Of a DNA stretch of 64,000 nt, positions 8,119 through 16,252 are shown piece by piece. The notes beneath the pieces are model-generated. The model made no database searches and was not told the DNA's origin. It was given only the letters and a program-made list of their open reading frames with translations. Numbering within the stretch: position 1 is the first letter of the stretch; every line of letters starts with the position of its first letter. This DNA is from Dehalococcoidia bacterium. GTDB lineage: Bacteria > Chloroflexota > Dehalococcoidia > SM23-28-2. Made by a program: the position numbers and the translations under genes. The DNA is taken from assembly GCA_030615765.1 (NCBI GenBank), contig JAUWYP010000002.1:82480-146479 (forward strand), in the 5' to 3' direction.

Positions 8119-9882
8119 ATGAAACGATTGCTATTCCGTCGGGGTGCCGTGCTGGCCCTGGCCCTGGCAGTTCTAGTGGCGACGGCGATGGCCCTATGGC
8201 TGGGCGTTTTCGGCCAGGAGCGGGCCGCGGCCTCGCCAGGTGTGGACCTCGTCATCACTAAGACGGCTTCACCCACGGAGGCCACGCCCGTAGCGGCAGG
8301 CGACACCATTACCTACACCCTGACGGCCACGAATGAGGGCGCTACGACCGCCAGCAACGCGGTCATCCGGGACTACCTAGGGAGCGGACTGACCTTTGTC
8401 TCCGTAGCGTCAGACACGGGGGTTACCTGTGAGGACCCAGTCACGCCGGCGGACGGCATTGACTGCACGGTGGCCAGCCTCGCAACTGACGCGAGCGCGA
8501 CGGTGACTATCGTCGCGACAGTGAGCGCGACCTCCGGCTTCGTCTACAACGGCGCCTACGTGGACCCGGATAACACCGAACCCGGCGAGGACAACGAAGA
8601 CGCCGACGACCCCGACCTCGACTGCACCGCGGCTACAGGGAGCGACGTAGGTGAAGGCAGTGACGCGGGGGATCCGACCGAGGACGACAACTACGACTGC
8701 ACCCGCCACGGCATGGTCGACCTGACCATCACCAAGGCCACCTCCCCCTCCGAAGGGACGGCGGTAGCCCTGGGGTCGGACATCGTCTACACTCTCACCG
8801 CCAGCAACGATGCCGCGGCTACGGGCACCGCCACCAACGTGGTCATCCGCGACTACATAGGGGACGGCCTCACCTTCGTCTCGGCGACGCCGGGCTCAGG
8901 GGTTACGTGCACCGACACCATGCCCCCGATCGACTGCACAGTCGCCAGCCTCGCCCCCGGGCAGAGCGGCGCGGTGGCCATCCTTGTGACGGTGGCGGCC
9001 ACCAGCGGCACGGTGTATAACGGCGCCAGGGTGGACCCGAATGACGTCATCAGCGAGGACAACGAGGACGCCGATGACCCTGCCCTCGCCTGTGCCGCGG
9101 TCGGGGAAGGCGCTGCTGGGGCCGCTGAGCCCGACAACTACGACTGCACCCGTCACACCGTGACTCTGCTGCCGGACCTGACCATCACCAAGACGGCCTC
9201 GCCCTCGGAAACCACAACAGTGGATACCGGCGACGCCATCACCTACACGTTGACGGTCAGCAACAGCGGCACGGGCACGGCCACCAACGTGCCTATCCGC
9301 GACTACATAGGGGACGGTCTCACCTTCGTCCTGGCGACGCCGGGCACGGGGGTCACCTGCGCCGACACCACGCCGTCCGAGATCAACTGCACGGCGACCA
9401 GCATCGCCTCCGGCGAAAGCCGGACGGTGACCATCGATGTGAGCGTGTCGGCCACCAGCGGCGCGGTGCTGAACGGCGCCAGGGTCGACCCCTTGGATGC
9501 CATCACCGAGACAAACGAGGACGCTAACGATCCCACCCGCGATTGTGGCGAACTGGGTGAGGGAACCGACGCCGGGAATGCGACGGAGGCCGACAACTAC
9601 GACTGCACCAGCCACACGCTGACGGCAGTCACGCCGACGCCCACTCCGGGCGAGCTCCTTAACTGCCCGTTCTCGGGCAAGTGGGCGATGTCGGTGTGGG
9701 ACGGCCCCAGCGGGACGGCCACTGCTGACGCCCTGGCTACCTGCACAGGCGTTACCATAGATGCCGCCTACTCGCTTGACCGCACCACCAACGTTTGGTA
9801 CCGCTACTTCCCGGGGCGCTCAGACATCAACAACCTGCTGACCCTCAACGACATGCAGGCGATCATCGTCCTCGGACGCTAG
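8119..9882 (+). CDS. secreted DUF11-type (conserved repeat domain) protein with three tandem modules plus a distinct C-terminal domain
   Basis: Signal-like N-terminus. The pattern DL.ITKTASP....G..ITYTLT..N.G...A.NV.IRDY.G.GLTFV occurs three times. AGGAGGG RBS upstream of the ATG. Confidence 0.8.
   Translation: MKRLLFRRGAVLALALAVLVATAMALWLGVFGQERAAASPGVDLVITKTASPTEATPVAAGDTITYTLTATNEGATTASNAVIRDYLGSGLTFVSVASDTGVTCEDPVTPADGIDCTVASLATDASATVTIVATVSATSGFVYNGAYVDPDNTEPGEDNEDADDPDLDCTAATGSDVGEGSDAGDPTEDDNYDCTRHGMVDLTITKATSPSEGTAVALGSDIVYTLTASNDAAATGTATNVVIRDYIGDGLTFVSATPGSGVTCTDTMPPIDCTVASLAPGQSGAVAILVTVAATSGTVYNGARVDPNDVISEDNEDADDPALACAAVGEGAAGAAEPDNYDCTRHTVTLLPDLTITKTASPSETTTVDTGDAITYTLTVSNSGTGTATNVPIRDYIGDGLTFVLATPGTGVTCADTTPSEINCTATSIASGESRTVTIDVSVSATSGAVLNGARVDPLDAITETNEDANDPTRDCGELGEGTDAGNATEADNYDCTSHTLTAVTPTPTPGELLNCPFSGKWAMSVWDGPSGTATADALATCTGVTIDAAYSLDRTTNVWYRYFPGRSDINNLLTLNDMQAIIVLGR
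8242..9621 (+). repeat. three in-frame tandem coding repeats (~150-158 codons each: 8242-8715, 8716-9171, 9172-9621)
   Basis: Repeat boundaries were located by aligning the translated modules. Each ends in an acidic linker, EDNEDADDP..C....GEG.....DNYDCT.H. Confidence 0.85.
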
Positions 9883-9914
9883 GAGCCGCGCCAAGCCACT
9901 AGGGATGCCTGAGC

Positions 9915-9943
9915 CGGGGGAGGGTGGAGCCTCCACCCTCCCC
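9915..9943 (+). terminator. stem-loop terminator after the DUF11 gene
   Basis: 13-bp stem gggggagggtgga / tccaccctccccc with a 3-nt loop, followed by tttgcc. The T-tract is weak. Confidence 0.55.
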
Positions 9944-10066
9944 CTTTGCCTATCGCGTCCCTGGGGGATTGTGCTATCATCCCTTGCTTGGCCCATCGGC
10001 TCTACCTACTGGCAGGCAGAGCCACAAATGAAGGGCTGGCAAGGACAAGGGCCGCCCTTACGTCCG

Positions 10067-10085
10067 CCCCATCGCCACCACGAAC
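10067..10085. repeat. direct repeat copy 1 (ccccatcgccaccacgaac)
   Basis: 19-nt exact match to 10492-10510. Imperfect similarity continues for about 25 nt more (..gcgttggcc..agcagc). Confidence 0.8.
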
Positions 10086-10124
10086 CACCCGGTGGCGTTG
10101 GCCAGCAGCAGGACGGCTGGGGAC

Positions 10125-10403
10125 TCACCAAGGCCGCAACGAGCGACCCCAATTCCGCACGATATCTTCGAAGATCGCCGTGGCCTGATTCGCTGACTTT
10201 TTGCCTCTTTTCAGCTCATACACCCGCCACTCCAGGTACCAGTATTCCCCTAGAGGATCTATCCAAGTGCATGTTACAGCCCAAAGATGCTCGCCAAGAT
10301 AGGTTGATCGCCAATCGTGAAGGTCTATCAGAGGGAAGTCCTGGCAAGACGCCCAGAGCTCCACCTGTACTCTCTCGATTGCGTCCGCCTCGGTATAGCC
10401 CAT
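10125..10403 (-). CDS. hypothetical Trp-rich protein (92 aa)
   Basis: ORF in a locally lower-GC stretch with coding-like codon use. No recognisable motif. It is bracketed by the 19-nt direct repeats. Confidence 0.4.
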   Translation of the reverse strand: MGYTEADAIERVQVELWASCQDFPLIDLHDWRSTYLGEHLWAVTCTWIDPLGEYWYLEWRVYELKRGKKSANQATAIFEDIVRNWGRSLRPW

Positions 10404-10491
10404 CTCCGCACAACTCGTGGGACAACTGGCGATAGCGGCCCCATCCTACCCGCAAGCGCGACGGTTAGCAAGGGAACACCCCTCACAACCA

Positions 10492-10510
10492 CCCCATCGC
10501 CACCACGAAC
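10492..10510. repeat. direct repeat copy 2 (ccccatcgccaccacgaac)
   Basis: Exact 19-nt match to 10067-10085, 425 bp away. Confidence 0.8.
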
Positions 10511-10552
10511 TACGGACGACGACGTTGGCCGCCAGCAGCGAACTCGCCCCCC

Positions 10553-10594
10553 TGCCAAAACAGAGGCCCCGGAGGCCGGTTCAGCCCCGGGGCC
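10553..10594 (-). terminator. Rho-independent terminator of the glycosyltransferase gene
   Basis: 8-bp GC stem ggccccgg / ccggggcc (10565-10572 and 10587-10594). On the minus strand it is followed by tctgttttgg. Confidence 0.6.
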
Positions 10595-10622
10595 CAGATG
10601 GCATCTAGCGCGAGGTATGCTG

Positions 10623-11930
10623 TCACTCTTGTGAAACCAGCAGAGAGGCGGCCGTAACCGTGGTGCCGGATGCGGACGGAGCCGGAATCCCCACCGCTGG
10701 AGCCAGGTTTGCCAGCAGCTGCAGCTCATCGGCCAGCAGGCGAGTGATGAGAAAGCGCTGGCGCACCCTCTCCCGACCGGCCAGCCCCCGTTTCCGGGCC
10801 TCCTCGCGATTATTCAGCAGGAACAGCACCCGCTCGGCGCACTCCTCGGTGTCGTCCACCAGGAAGCCTCCCACGTCGTTCTCCATCTGCAGGGGGATGC
10901 CGCCCGACCGATTGGCCACCACCGGCGTCCCCTTCCACATCGTCTCCGAGACCACCAGGCCGAAGCCCTCCCGGATCGACTTCTGAATCACCACGTCGGA
11001 CGAAGTCTGGAAAGCGCACACCTCCATGTCCCCCACGCCGATCAAGTTCGTCAGCACGTGGATGTCATCGTCGCCCCGCGTCTCGGCGACGATCTCGGAA
11101 TACATCTCCCACACCTCAGGGTCATCTGAGGCCATGGAACTGAGCAGGGCTAGCTGGAGACCTGGCACCTCCTCTCGCACCATGCGGTACACCTCGATCA
11201 CGCCGAGAGGGTCCTTCCACGGGTCGAAGCGGGATACCTGGGTCACCAGGGGCCGGCGGGGGTCTATGCCCCTCCAGGCCCGAATCTCCTGACATATCCC
11301 CTCTGAAAGCCCCACATTCTTGGGGCTCAGGGGATCGATGGCCGGGGTCATCGTAACCACCCGCTGGTGCTCCAGCCCTGGCGGCACAAAAGCATCCATG
11401 GTGAATACCAGGGCGTCATACTCGGCCACGAACGGCAAGATGAACTCCAGGACGGCCTCATTCGGTTCGGAGGTATCGATGTGACAGCGCCAGATCCACC
11501 TGGCCCCGTTTGGCCCCCGGAAGTGCCGGATGCCGGCGGGCTGAGGGTCATGCACGATGATAAAATCGTACTCCTCGTCCAGAAGCTGGGCGTTCCGAGT
11601 ATTGTACGCCTGGTACGTTTCGCGAGCGGCCCGCGTTAGCTTGTAGGGTGCACCTTGGAGCGCATTGTGAAAGGCCTTGGTGACGTTGAAGAACTCCGGG
11701 CGGGCTGAGATGAGCTTCCAGTCGGCCTGAATGCCCAGGCCACGGTACAGAGGCACAATCGACCTCAGCAGCTCGGAGACCCCGCCACCGTAGGTGGTGG
11801 CGTTGATGTGGGCTATGCGGGCGCCCCTGAGAGGCGCCGCCAGCTCTCTTATCTTCTCCACACCCTCCTCGCCGATGATGTGAGTGTAGGCACTCAGCGG
11901 CCTTGGTCCGACGTCTACGTGATCCAGCAT
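10623..11930 (-). CDS. GT4-family glycosyltransferase, trehalose-synthase (TreT)-like
   Basis: N-terminal INATTYGGGVSELLRS and C-terminal GT-B motif SIREGFGLVVSETMWKGTPVVA. The TreT-like assignment is from memory of that family's N-terminal region. Confidence 0.7.
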   Translation of the reverse strand: MLDHVDVGPRPLSAYTHIIGEEGVEKIRELAAPLRGARIAHINATTYGGGVSELLRSIVPLYRGLGIQADWKLISARPEFFNVTKAFHNALQGAPYKLTRAARETYQAYNTRNAQLLDEEYDFIIVHDPQPAGIRHFRGPNGARWIWRCHIDTSEPNEAVLEFILPFVAEYDALVFTMDAFVPPGLEHQRVVTMTPAIDPLSPKNVGLSEGICQEIRAWRGIDPRRPLVTQVSRFDPWKDPLGVIEVYRMVREEVPGLQLALLSSMASDDPEVWEMYSEIVAETRGDDDIHVLTNLIGVGDMEVCAFQTSSDVVIQKSIREGFGLVVSETMWKGTPVVANRSGGIPLQMENDVGGFLVDDTEECAERVLFLLNNREEARKRGLAGRERVRQRFLITRLLADELQLLANLAPAVGIPAPSASGTTVTAASLLVSQE

Positions 11931-12342
11931 AGTGCCCCCTCTTGTCCTTCTCGACCCTTCCTATCGTGCCGAAACAGCCCGCGGCCGATACCGCTTACGC
12001 TCTTGCCAGCCGCCAGACATGCCGGTGCCGATAGTAGTCGCCGAGCTAACCGCAGCGCGTCCGTTCTCACCCCTTGCGCTAGCGGGGTTCGACAAATGGA
12101 TCAGGAGAGGCGTGTCACCCTGATGCAGGCATCAGGGCCCCGCTTCCTTTGCTGAATAGGACGCGGTTCGCCCGCAATTGTTACAGTGATGTGCGGGCGC
12201 TGGCTATCTAATGCGGACGGGCACTGCCTAGCTGCAAGTGGATACTGGAGATGGGAGTATCCCTACAAAGCTGGGTAGAGTTCCATTCGAAGGGGAATCT
12301 GCCAACCGTTGGCGCAGCAACATGGCCATGGCAAGAGCGGCG

Positions 12343-12717
12343 GCCCAGCAGGCCTGTAAGCCGAGTTCTGTGCCTCCCCGCCCTAGGCGGGGAGCGGTGA
12401 CCATCAATCTAGGATGGCGGTTGCCCGCCACCTCCAGCGGCCAACCCGAGGACAGGCCGGGCGTCCTTGTGTCCTCCTATTTGGCCTTGCTCCGCGTGGG
12501 GTTTGCCCAGCCGACCGGTCATCCGGCCGCTGGTGAGCTCTTACCTCACCATTTCACCCTTACCCCGACATCTCACGAGTCGGGGCGGTGTGTTTCTGTG
12601 GCACTTTCCGTCGGGTTGCCCCGCCTGGGCGTTACCCAGCACGCTGCCCGGTGGAGCTCGGACTTTCCTCACCCCGGCACCTTACATGCCAGGGCGCGAT
12701 CACCCAGCCTACTGGGC
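12343..12717 (-). ncRNA. rnpB: RNase P RNA, bacterial type A
   Basis: The minus strand contains GAGGAAAGTCCGAGCTCCACC (P4 5' strand, CR-I) and ACAGAACTCGGCTTACAGGCC (P4 3' strand). P1 pairs GGCCCAGTAGGC with GCCTGCTGGGCC. A promoter places the TSS at about 12717. Confidence 0.9.
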
Positions 12718-12723
12718 CAACTC

Positions 12724-12752
12724 TATTGTAAAGCAGGACGGCTCGCCTGCCA
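12724..12752 (-). promoter_or_regulatory. sigma-70-like promoter of rnpB
   Basis: On the minus strand: TTGGCA, a 17-nt spacer, TACAAT, then 6 nt to the G that starts helix P1. Confidence 0.6.
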
Positions 12753-12754
12753 AG

Positions 12755-13174
12755 CTAGACGCCCGACCGGTCCAGGGCCTGGTTGGCTAGCTTGTCGGCC
12801 AGGGCATTGTCTGCGCGGGGGATGGCGACCGCCCTGAAGGAAGCGAAGCGCCAGCGCAGGTCTTTCATGCGGGCGAACAGGCGCTTCAGGCCAGGGTTGC
12901 GCACCTTGTACCGACTGTCTAGTTGGCGCACGACCAACTCGGAGTCCATCCGCAGCTCGACATCGCGCGCCCCCAGGGCTAGAGCCGCCTCCAGCCCAGC
13001 GATAGCCGCCCGGTATTCAGCCACGTTGTTGGTGGCTTGACCGATAGGCTCAGAGATACGGTGGCGCTCCCTATTCTTATCGTCAAAAATGACCACCCCA
13101 ATAGCCGCTGGCCCGGGGTTCCCCCGCGAGGCGCCATCGGCATAGACCACCCAGCACCCTTCGGCCGTGACCAC
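12755..13174 (-). CDS. rnhA: ribonuclease HI-family protein
   Basis: YADGASRGNPGPAAIG...TNNVAEYRAAIAGLE...DSELVVRQL...ADKLAN contains the DEDD-type RNase H residues. GTG start, with an AAGGAG RBS that overlaps the stop codon of the upstream gene. Confidence 0.85.
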   Translation of the reverse strand: MVTAEGCWVVYADGASRGNPGPAAIGVVIFDDKNRERHRISEPIGQATNNVAEYRAAIAGLEAALALGARDVELRMDSELVVRQLDSRYKVRNPGLKRLFARMKDLRWRFASFRAVAIPRADNALADKLANQALDRSGV

Positions 13175-13179
13175 GCTCC

Positions 13180-14586
13180 TTACAGACGCAGAAAGACGCG
13201 GATGCTATCGTCCCACACCACCACCCGCTCCAGCAGCTCCCCCAACAACGCCTGCTGCTCGAGTGGGGCGAGGCGATCCCATTCATCCCTCAGACGAGCT
13301 AGGGCCCGCTCCTTCTGCTGCTGCCTCTCAGCCGCCGACGCTTGCTGCCTGACGAACCGCTGCGCCTCTGCCAGGCTATCCTCCAGCGACAGGCCCTCCG
13401 CCGCGACGGCCACGCTAAGAGACCGCATTCGCTCGACACTGAGACGACCGCGGGCCGCCTCATTCATGTACCCTTCCAGACGCTTGTCCAGGCGGCGCAG
13501 GCGACCTCGCAGACGACGACAGCGCGCCTCCGCCTCTTGTAACACCGCTGCATCATCACCCGCCTTGGGGACGGCCACCACCGCTAACGACTTCTCCCCC
13601 AGAAGGGCCTCGCGCATCTCTTCTTCCAACCGCGCTGCCCGTCGGGTGTGGTAGTCGCACAGGCTGCGGTTGGTGCGCGACTCGCACTGATAGTAGCGGT
13701 ACTCCGCCCACTTCTCGGAGCCATCGCGACGGCGCCAGTGCTGACGGCGGCTCACACCGATCATCTTATTGCCGCAGTATCCGCAATAGGCCAGGCCCGA
13801 TAGTAGAAAGAGCGAGGTCCGCCGCTTGGCCCTCTCCTGGCGATGAGAGCTCAGGCGCTCCTGCACCCGCCGAAAGTCATCGCGGGAGATAAGAGCAGGA
13901 TGGCTGGCAGGAACGCGTACCCCGAATCGACTATAGGTACCCAGGTAGGTGCGATTGCGCAGGATATCGCGGACGGTCACCATGCTCCACAGGCCGTTGC
14001 GGTGGGTGCGCATCCCCTCCTCGTTGAGGCAGCGAGCGATGCGGCGGATGCCCAGACCGTCCCGCAGATAGAGGCGAAAGATGTAGCGCACAACCGAGGC
14101 TTCCCCAGGCACTATCTCCAGACGCCGACGTGGGCCCACTCGATAGCCGAAAGGCGGCCGCCCAAGGACCTCACCTTTTACGGCCTTGCGCCTCATGGCC
14201 GCCTGCACCTTCTGCCCCAGCCGCTCGTCCTTCTTTTCCGCCCAGCGAGAAAGCAGGGTGGAACCGGGGTCGGCGCCGTCCTCCAGGCACATCACCTTCA
14301 CGCCCAGGCTAGCCAGCTGGAAGTAACGCCTGGCCGCCTCCCACAGATCGCTCCCCAGGCTCGCCAGCGAGGGGATCACGACCATAGTGAATCCACGGTC
14401 GGGGCGCTGCTTGAGAAAATCGACGAGCTGGCGATAGCCAGCGCAGTCATCACCAGCGGCAGCCGCATCCAGGAAGGTAGCCGCCGCTTCATACCCATTC
14501 TGACGGCAGAAATCCAGGAAGGCGCGGCTCTGCTCAGCCAGTGGCTGGCTGCCGTCCGTCTCCCGGAAGTACCCTACCGCCTTCAC
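13180..14586 (-). CDS. large serine recombinase homologue with a degenerate catalytic domain
   Basis: Recombinase domain (PPFGYRV...VVRYIFRLYL..GLGIRRIARCLNEEG..T..G.W....V..ILRNRTYLG), zinc ribbon (CGYCGNKM...YYQCESR) and C-terminal coiled coil are present. The N-terminal resolvase motifs read YFRETDGSQ (expected Y.RVST..Q) and SLASLGSD (expected .DRL.R.). Confidence 0.8.
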   Translation of the reverse strand: MKAVGYFRETDGSQPLAEQSRAFLDFCRQNGYEAAATFLDAAAAGDDCAGYRQLVDFLKQRPDRGFTMVVIPSLASLGSDLWEAARRYFQLASLGVKVMCLEDGADPGSTLLSRWAEKKDERLGQKVQAAMRRKAVKGEVLGRPPFGYRVGPRRRLEIVPGEASVVRYIFRLYLRDGLGIRRIARCLNEEGMRTHRNGLWSMVTVRDILRNRTYLGTYSRFGVRVPASHPALISRDDFRRVQERLSSHRQERAKRRTSLFLLSGLAYCGYCGNKMIGVSRRQHWRRRDGSEKWAEYRYYQCESRTNRSLCDYHTRRAARLEEEMREALLGEKSLAVVAVPKAGDDAAVLQEAEARCRRLRGRLRRLDKRLEGYMNEAARGRLSVERMRSLSVAVAAEGLSLEDSLAEAQRFVRQQASAAERQQQKERALARLRDEWDRLAPLEQQALLGELLERVVVWDDSIRVFLRL

Positions 14587-14589
14587 AGC

Positions 14590-15306
14590 TCAGCTCACAT
14601 ACAGAATGCGCTCGCAGCTAACGCACTGCACCACGTCCAGGCCGGAGCGAGCCTTTTGCAATACGGTCATGGGCAGGCTGATGCGGCACCCCCCGCACAT
14701 GCCTCGCTCCACCTTGACCACTGCCTTCCCCTGGCGCCTCTGCCACAAGTTGTCATAGAGGGCCAGCACCTTCGCTTCTACCAGGCTTGACTGCCGCCCT
14801 CGCCTCTCCTCCAGCCCGGCCAGCTCGCCTTCCAGCCTTTCCTTCTCGCTGGCCAACTCCTTCTGCTCCTGCCGCCACCTCCCCTCCACCTCGGCCAGGG
14901 ATTCCTCCGCCTCTCGTAGGGCCGCTTGTCTCTCTTCCACGCGGACCATGATATCCAGAAGCTCATCCTCTCGCCGCCGCAACTGGCCCTTCAGGATGTT
15001 CGCCTCGTCCTGTACGCTCGCTAGCTCCTTAGGATTGCGCACCGAGCCCCCGTACAGCTTACCCTCCACGTCTGAGAGGCGTGAGCGAAGATCATCCACC
15101 TTCCACTCCTGGTCTCGCTGCTGCCTGCTGACGCCTTCAAGGGCATCCCGCGCCTCTTCGACTGCCTGGCGGCCAGCGATGAGCTCCTCGCTCTCCCCCA
15201 GTTGCTCCTCCACCGTCGCCAGGGAGGCCCTGGCGGCCTCGATAGCCGAATCGATCTCCTGAAGAGTGTAAAGGTCGGCCGCTATCGTCATTGTCAGTGA
15301 GGGCAT
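14590..15306 (-). CDS. DUF164/COG1579-type coiled-coil zinc-ribbon protein
   Basis: Long coiled coil followed by a C4 ribbon, CGGCRISLP....VVQCVSCERILY. Its stop is 3 nt from the next start. Confidence 0.8.
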   Translation of the reverse strand: MPSLTMTIAADLYTLQEIDSAIEAARASLATVEEQLGESEELIAGRQAVEEARDALEGVSRQQRDQEWKVDDLRSRLSDVEGKLYGGSVRNPKELASVQDEANILKGQLRRREDELLDIMVRVEERQAALREAEESLAEVEGRWRQEQKELASEKERLEGELAGLEERRGRQSSLVEAKVLALYDNLWQRRQGKAVVKVERGMCGGCRISLPMTVLQKARSGLDVVQCVSCERILYVS

Positions 15307-15432
15307 GGAGCTACCGAATCAAGCAAGGGGTAGACAATGCTCGCGGCAGGATTATAGACTTAGAGAGAGGCCCCTGACAAGGCGACAGCCAATCTGGTGC
15401 AGCATTCGACCGCATTTTGGGGACAGATTTTT

Positions 15433-15972
15433 ATGCAATTTGTCATAGGTCAGCAGTTGCGCGAGCCCGTGGGCAGCGTCACCCATTACGAGATTAGCGA
15501 GAGCAAACCCCTACCCCAGGGAGAAGACTCCCTGAGCGAGCTGACGGGTAGCGTCGACCTCATGCGGACGGACAAGGGGATTCTGGTCTCCGTCGCCCTT
15601 CACTGCATCATCGCCGGCAGGTGCAGCCGCTGCCTGACCGACATATCCTATCCCCTTACCCTTTCTTTCCAAGAGGAGTATGTGCCTACGGTGGACGCCT
15701 CCACCGGCGAGTCTCTGCCTTCGCCCCCTGACCCCGACGCCTTCCTCATCGACAGTCACCAGGTGCTCGACCTGACGGAGGCGGTGCGGCAGTATCGGCT
15801 AGTGGCCGAGCCCATGAAACCCCTTTGCAAGCCCGATTGCCTTGGCCTCTGCCCTCATTGCGGTTATAATCTTAACCAGGGCCCTTGCGGCTGCCCCAGC
15901 CAGGAGACCGATGCCCGCTGGGCACCTCTGGCAGAGTTGGCCGTGAAAACCGAGCAGGAACAGGAGTCTTAG
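15433..15972 (+). CDS. yceD: YceD/DUF177 family protein
   Basis: RCLTD...EPMKPLCKPDCLGLCPHCGYNLNQGPCGC, located immediately upstream of rpmF. The start is either the ATG at 15433 or the GTG at 15397. Confidence 0.8.
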   Translation: MQFVIGQQLREPVGSVTHYEISESKPLPQGEDSLSELTGSVDLMRTDKGILVSVALHCIIAGRCSRCLTDISYPLTLSFQEEYVPTVDASTGESLPSPPDPDAFLIDSHQVLDLTEAVRQYRLVAEPMKPLCKPDCLGLCPHCGYNLNQGPCGCPSQETDARWAPLAELAVKTEQEQES

Positions 15973-15973
15973 C

Positions 15974-16180
15974 GTGCCACCACTACCCAAGAAGAAGTAT
16001 CCCAAAGCGCGACAACGACAGCGCCGCAGCCATATCATCCTCAACCTGCCCCATCTGGTGCCCTGCCCCCAGTGCCACAGCCTGCGCCTGCCTCATCGGG
16101 CCTGCCCCGTCTGTGGCACCTACAAGGGACGAACGGTGCTGAAGGTAGAGGAGCCGCACCGCCTGCCTGGCCAGCGCTAG
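15974..16180 (+). CDS. rpmF: 50S ribosomal protein L32
   Basis: PKKKYPKARQRQRRSH...CPQCHSLRLPHRACPVCGTYKGR. GTG start. Confidence 0.9.
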   Translation: MPPLPKKKYPKARQRQRRSHIILNLPHLVPCPQCHSLRLPHRACPVCGTYKGRTVLKVEEPHRLPGQR

Positions 16181-16252
16181 CCTTTCCCGCCTTCATCGCT
16201 TTTTTGCTATACTTCGCCTGTCCTGTCCGCCGACCAGCAGGCAGAACCTGGA

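Noticed and set aside
8242-9621. Repetitive DNA that might be mistaken for a CRISPR array or VNTR
   Set aside because: The repeat units are about 460 nt, in frame, diverged and translate into DUF11-type protein modules. There is no short repeat/spacer architecture anywhere in the window.
9905-10435. 176-aa plus-strand Pro-rich ORF and overlapping 105-133-aa ORFs in 9905-10729
   Set aside because: The composition is low-complexity Pro/Arg/Gly. They span a terminator and the repeat copies and have no RBS. The only coding-like frame here is the 92-aa minus-strand ORF.
11931-12342. Possible tRNA, tmRNA, SRP or 6S RNA in the gap downstream of rnpB (for example GGGGTTCGAC at about 12085-12094)
   Set aside because: No acceptor or T-arm complementarity surrounds the T-loop-like string. 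There is no SRP domain-IV motif and no tmRNA 5'/3' signatures. Only generic hairpins are present.
12238-12837. 199-aa and 107-aa plus-strand ORFs and a 67-aa minus-strand ORF overlapping 12228-12837
   Set aside because: The region is RNase P RNA on the minus strand, with the conserved P4 strands, P1 pairing and a dedicated promoter. The ORFs have no RBS or motifs.
13180-14586. Recombinase gene as a marker of a prophage/ICE boundary or an invertible segment
   Set aside because: I found no flanking inverted or direct repeats, no phage or conjugation cargo and no tRNA target. The gene is translationally coupled to housekeeping neighbours, and its catalytic Ser/Arg motifs appear substituted. It is reported instead as a probably domesticated homologue.
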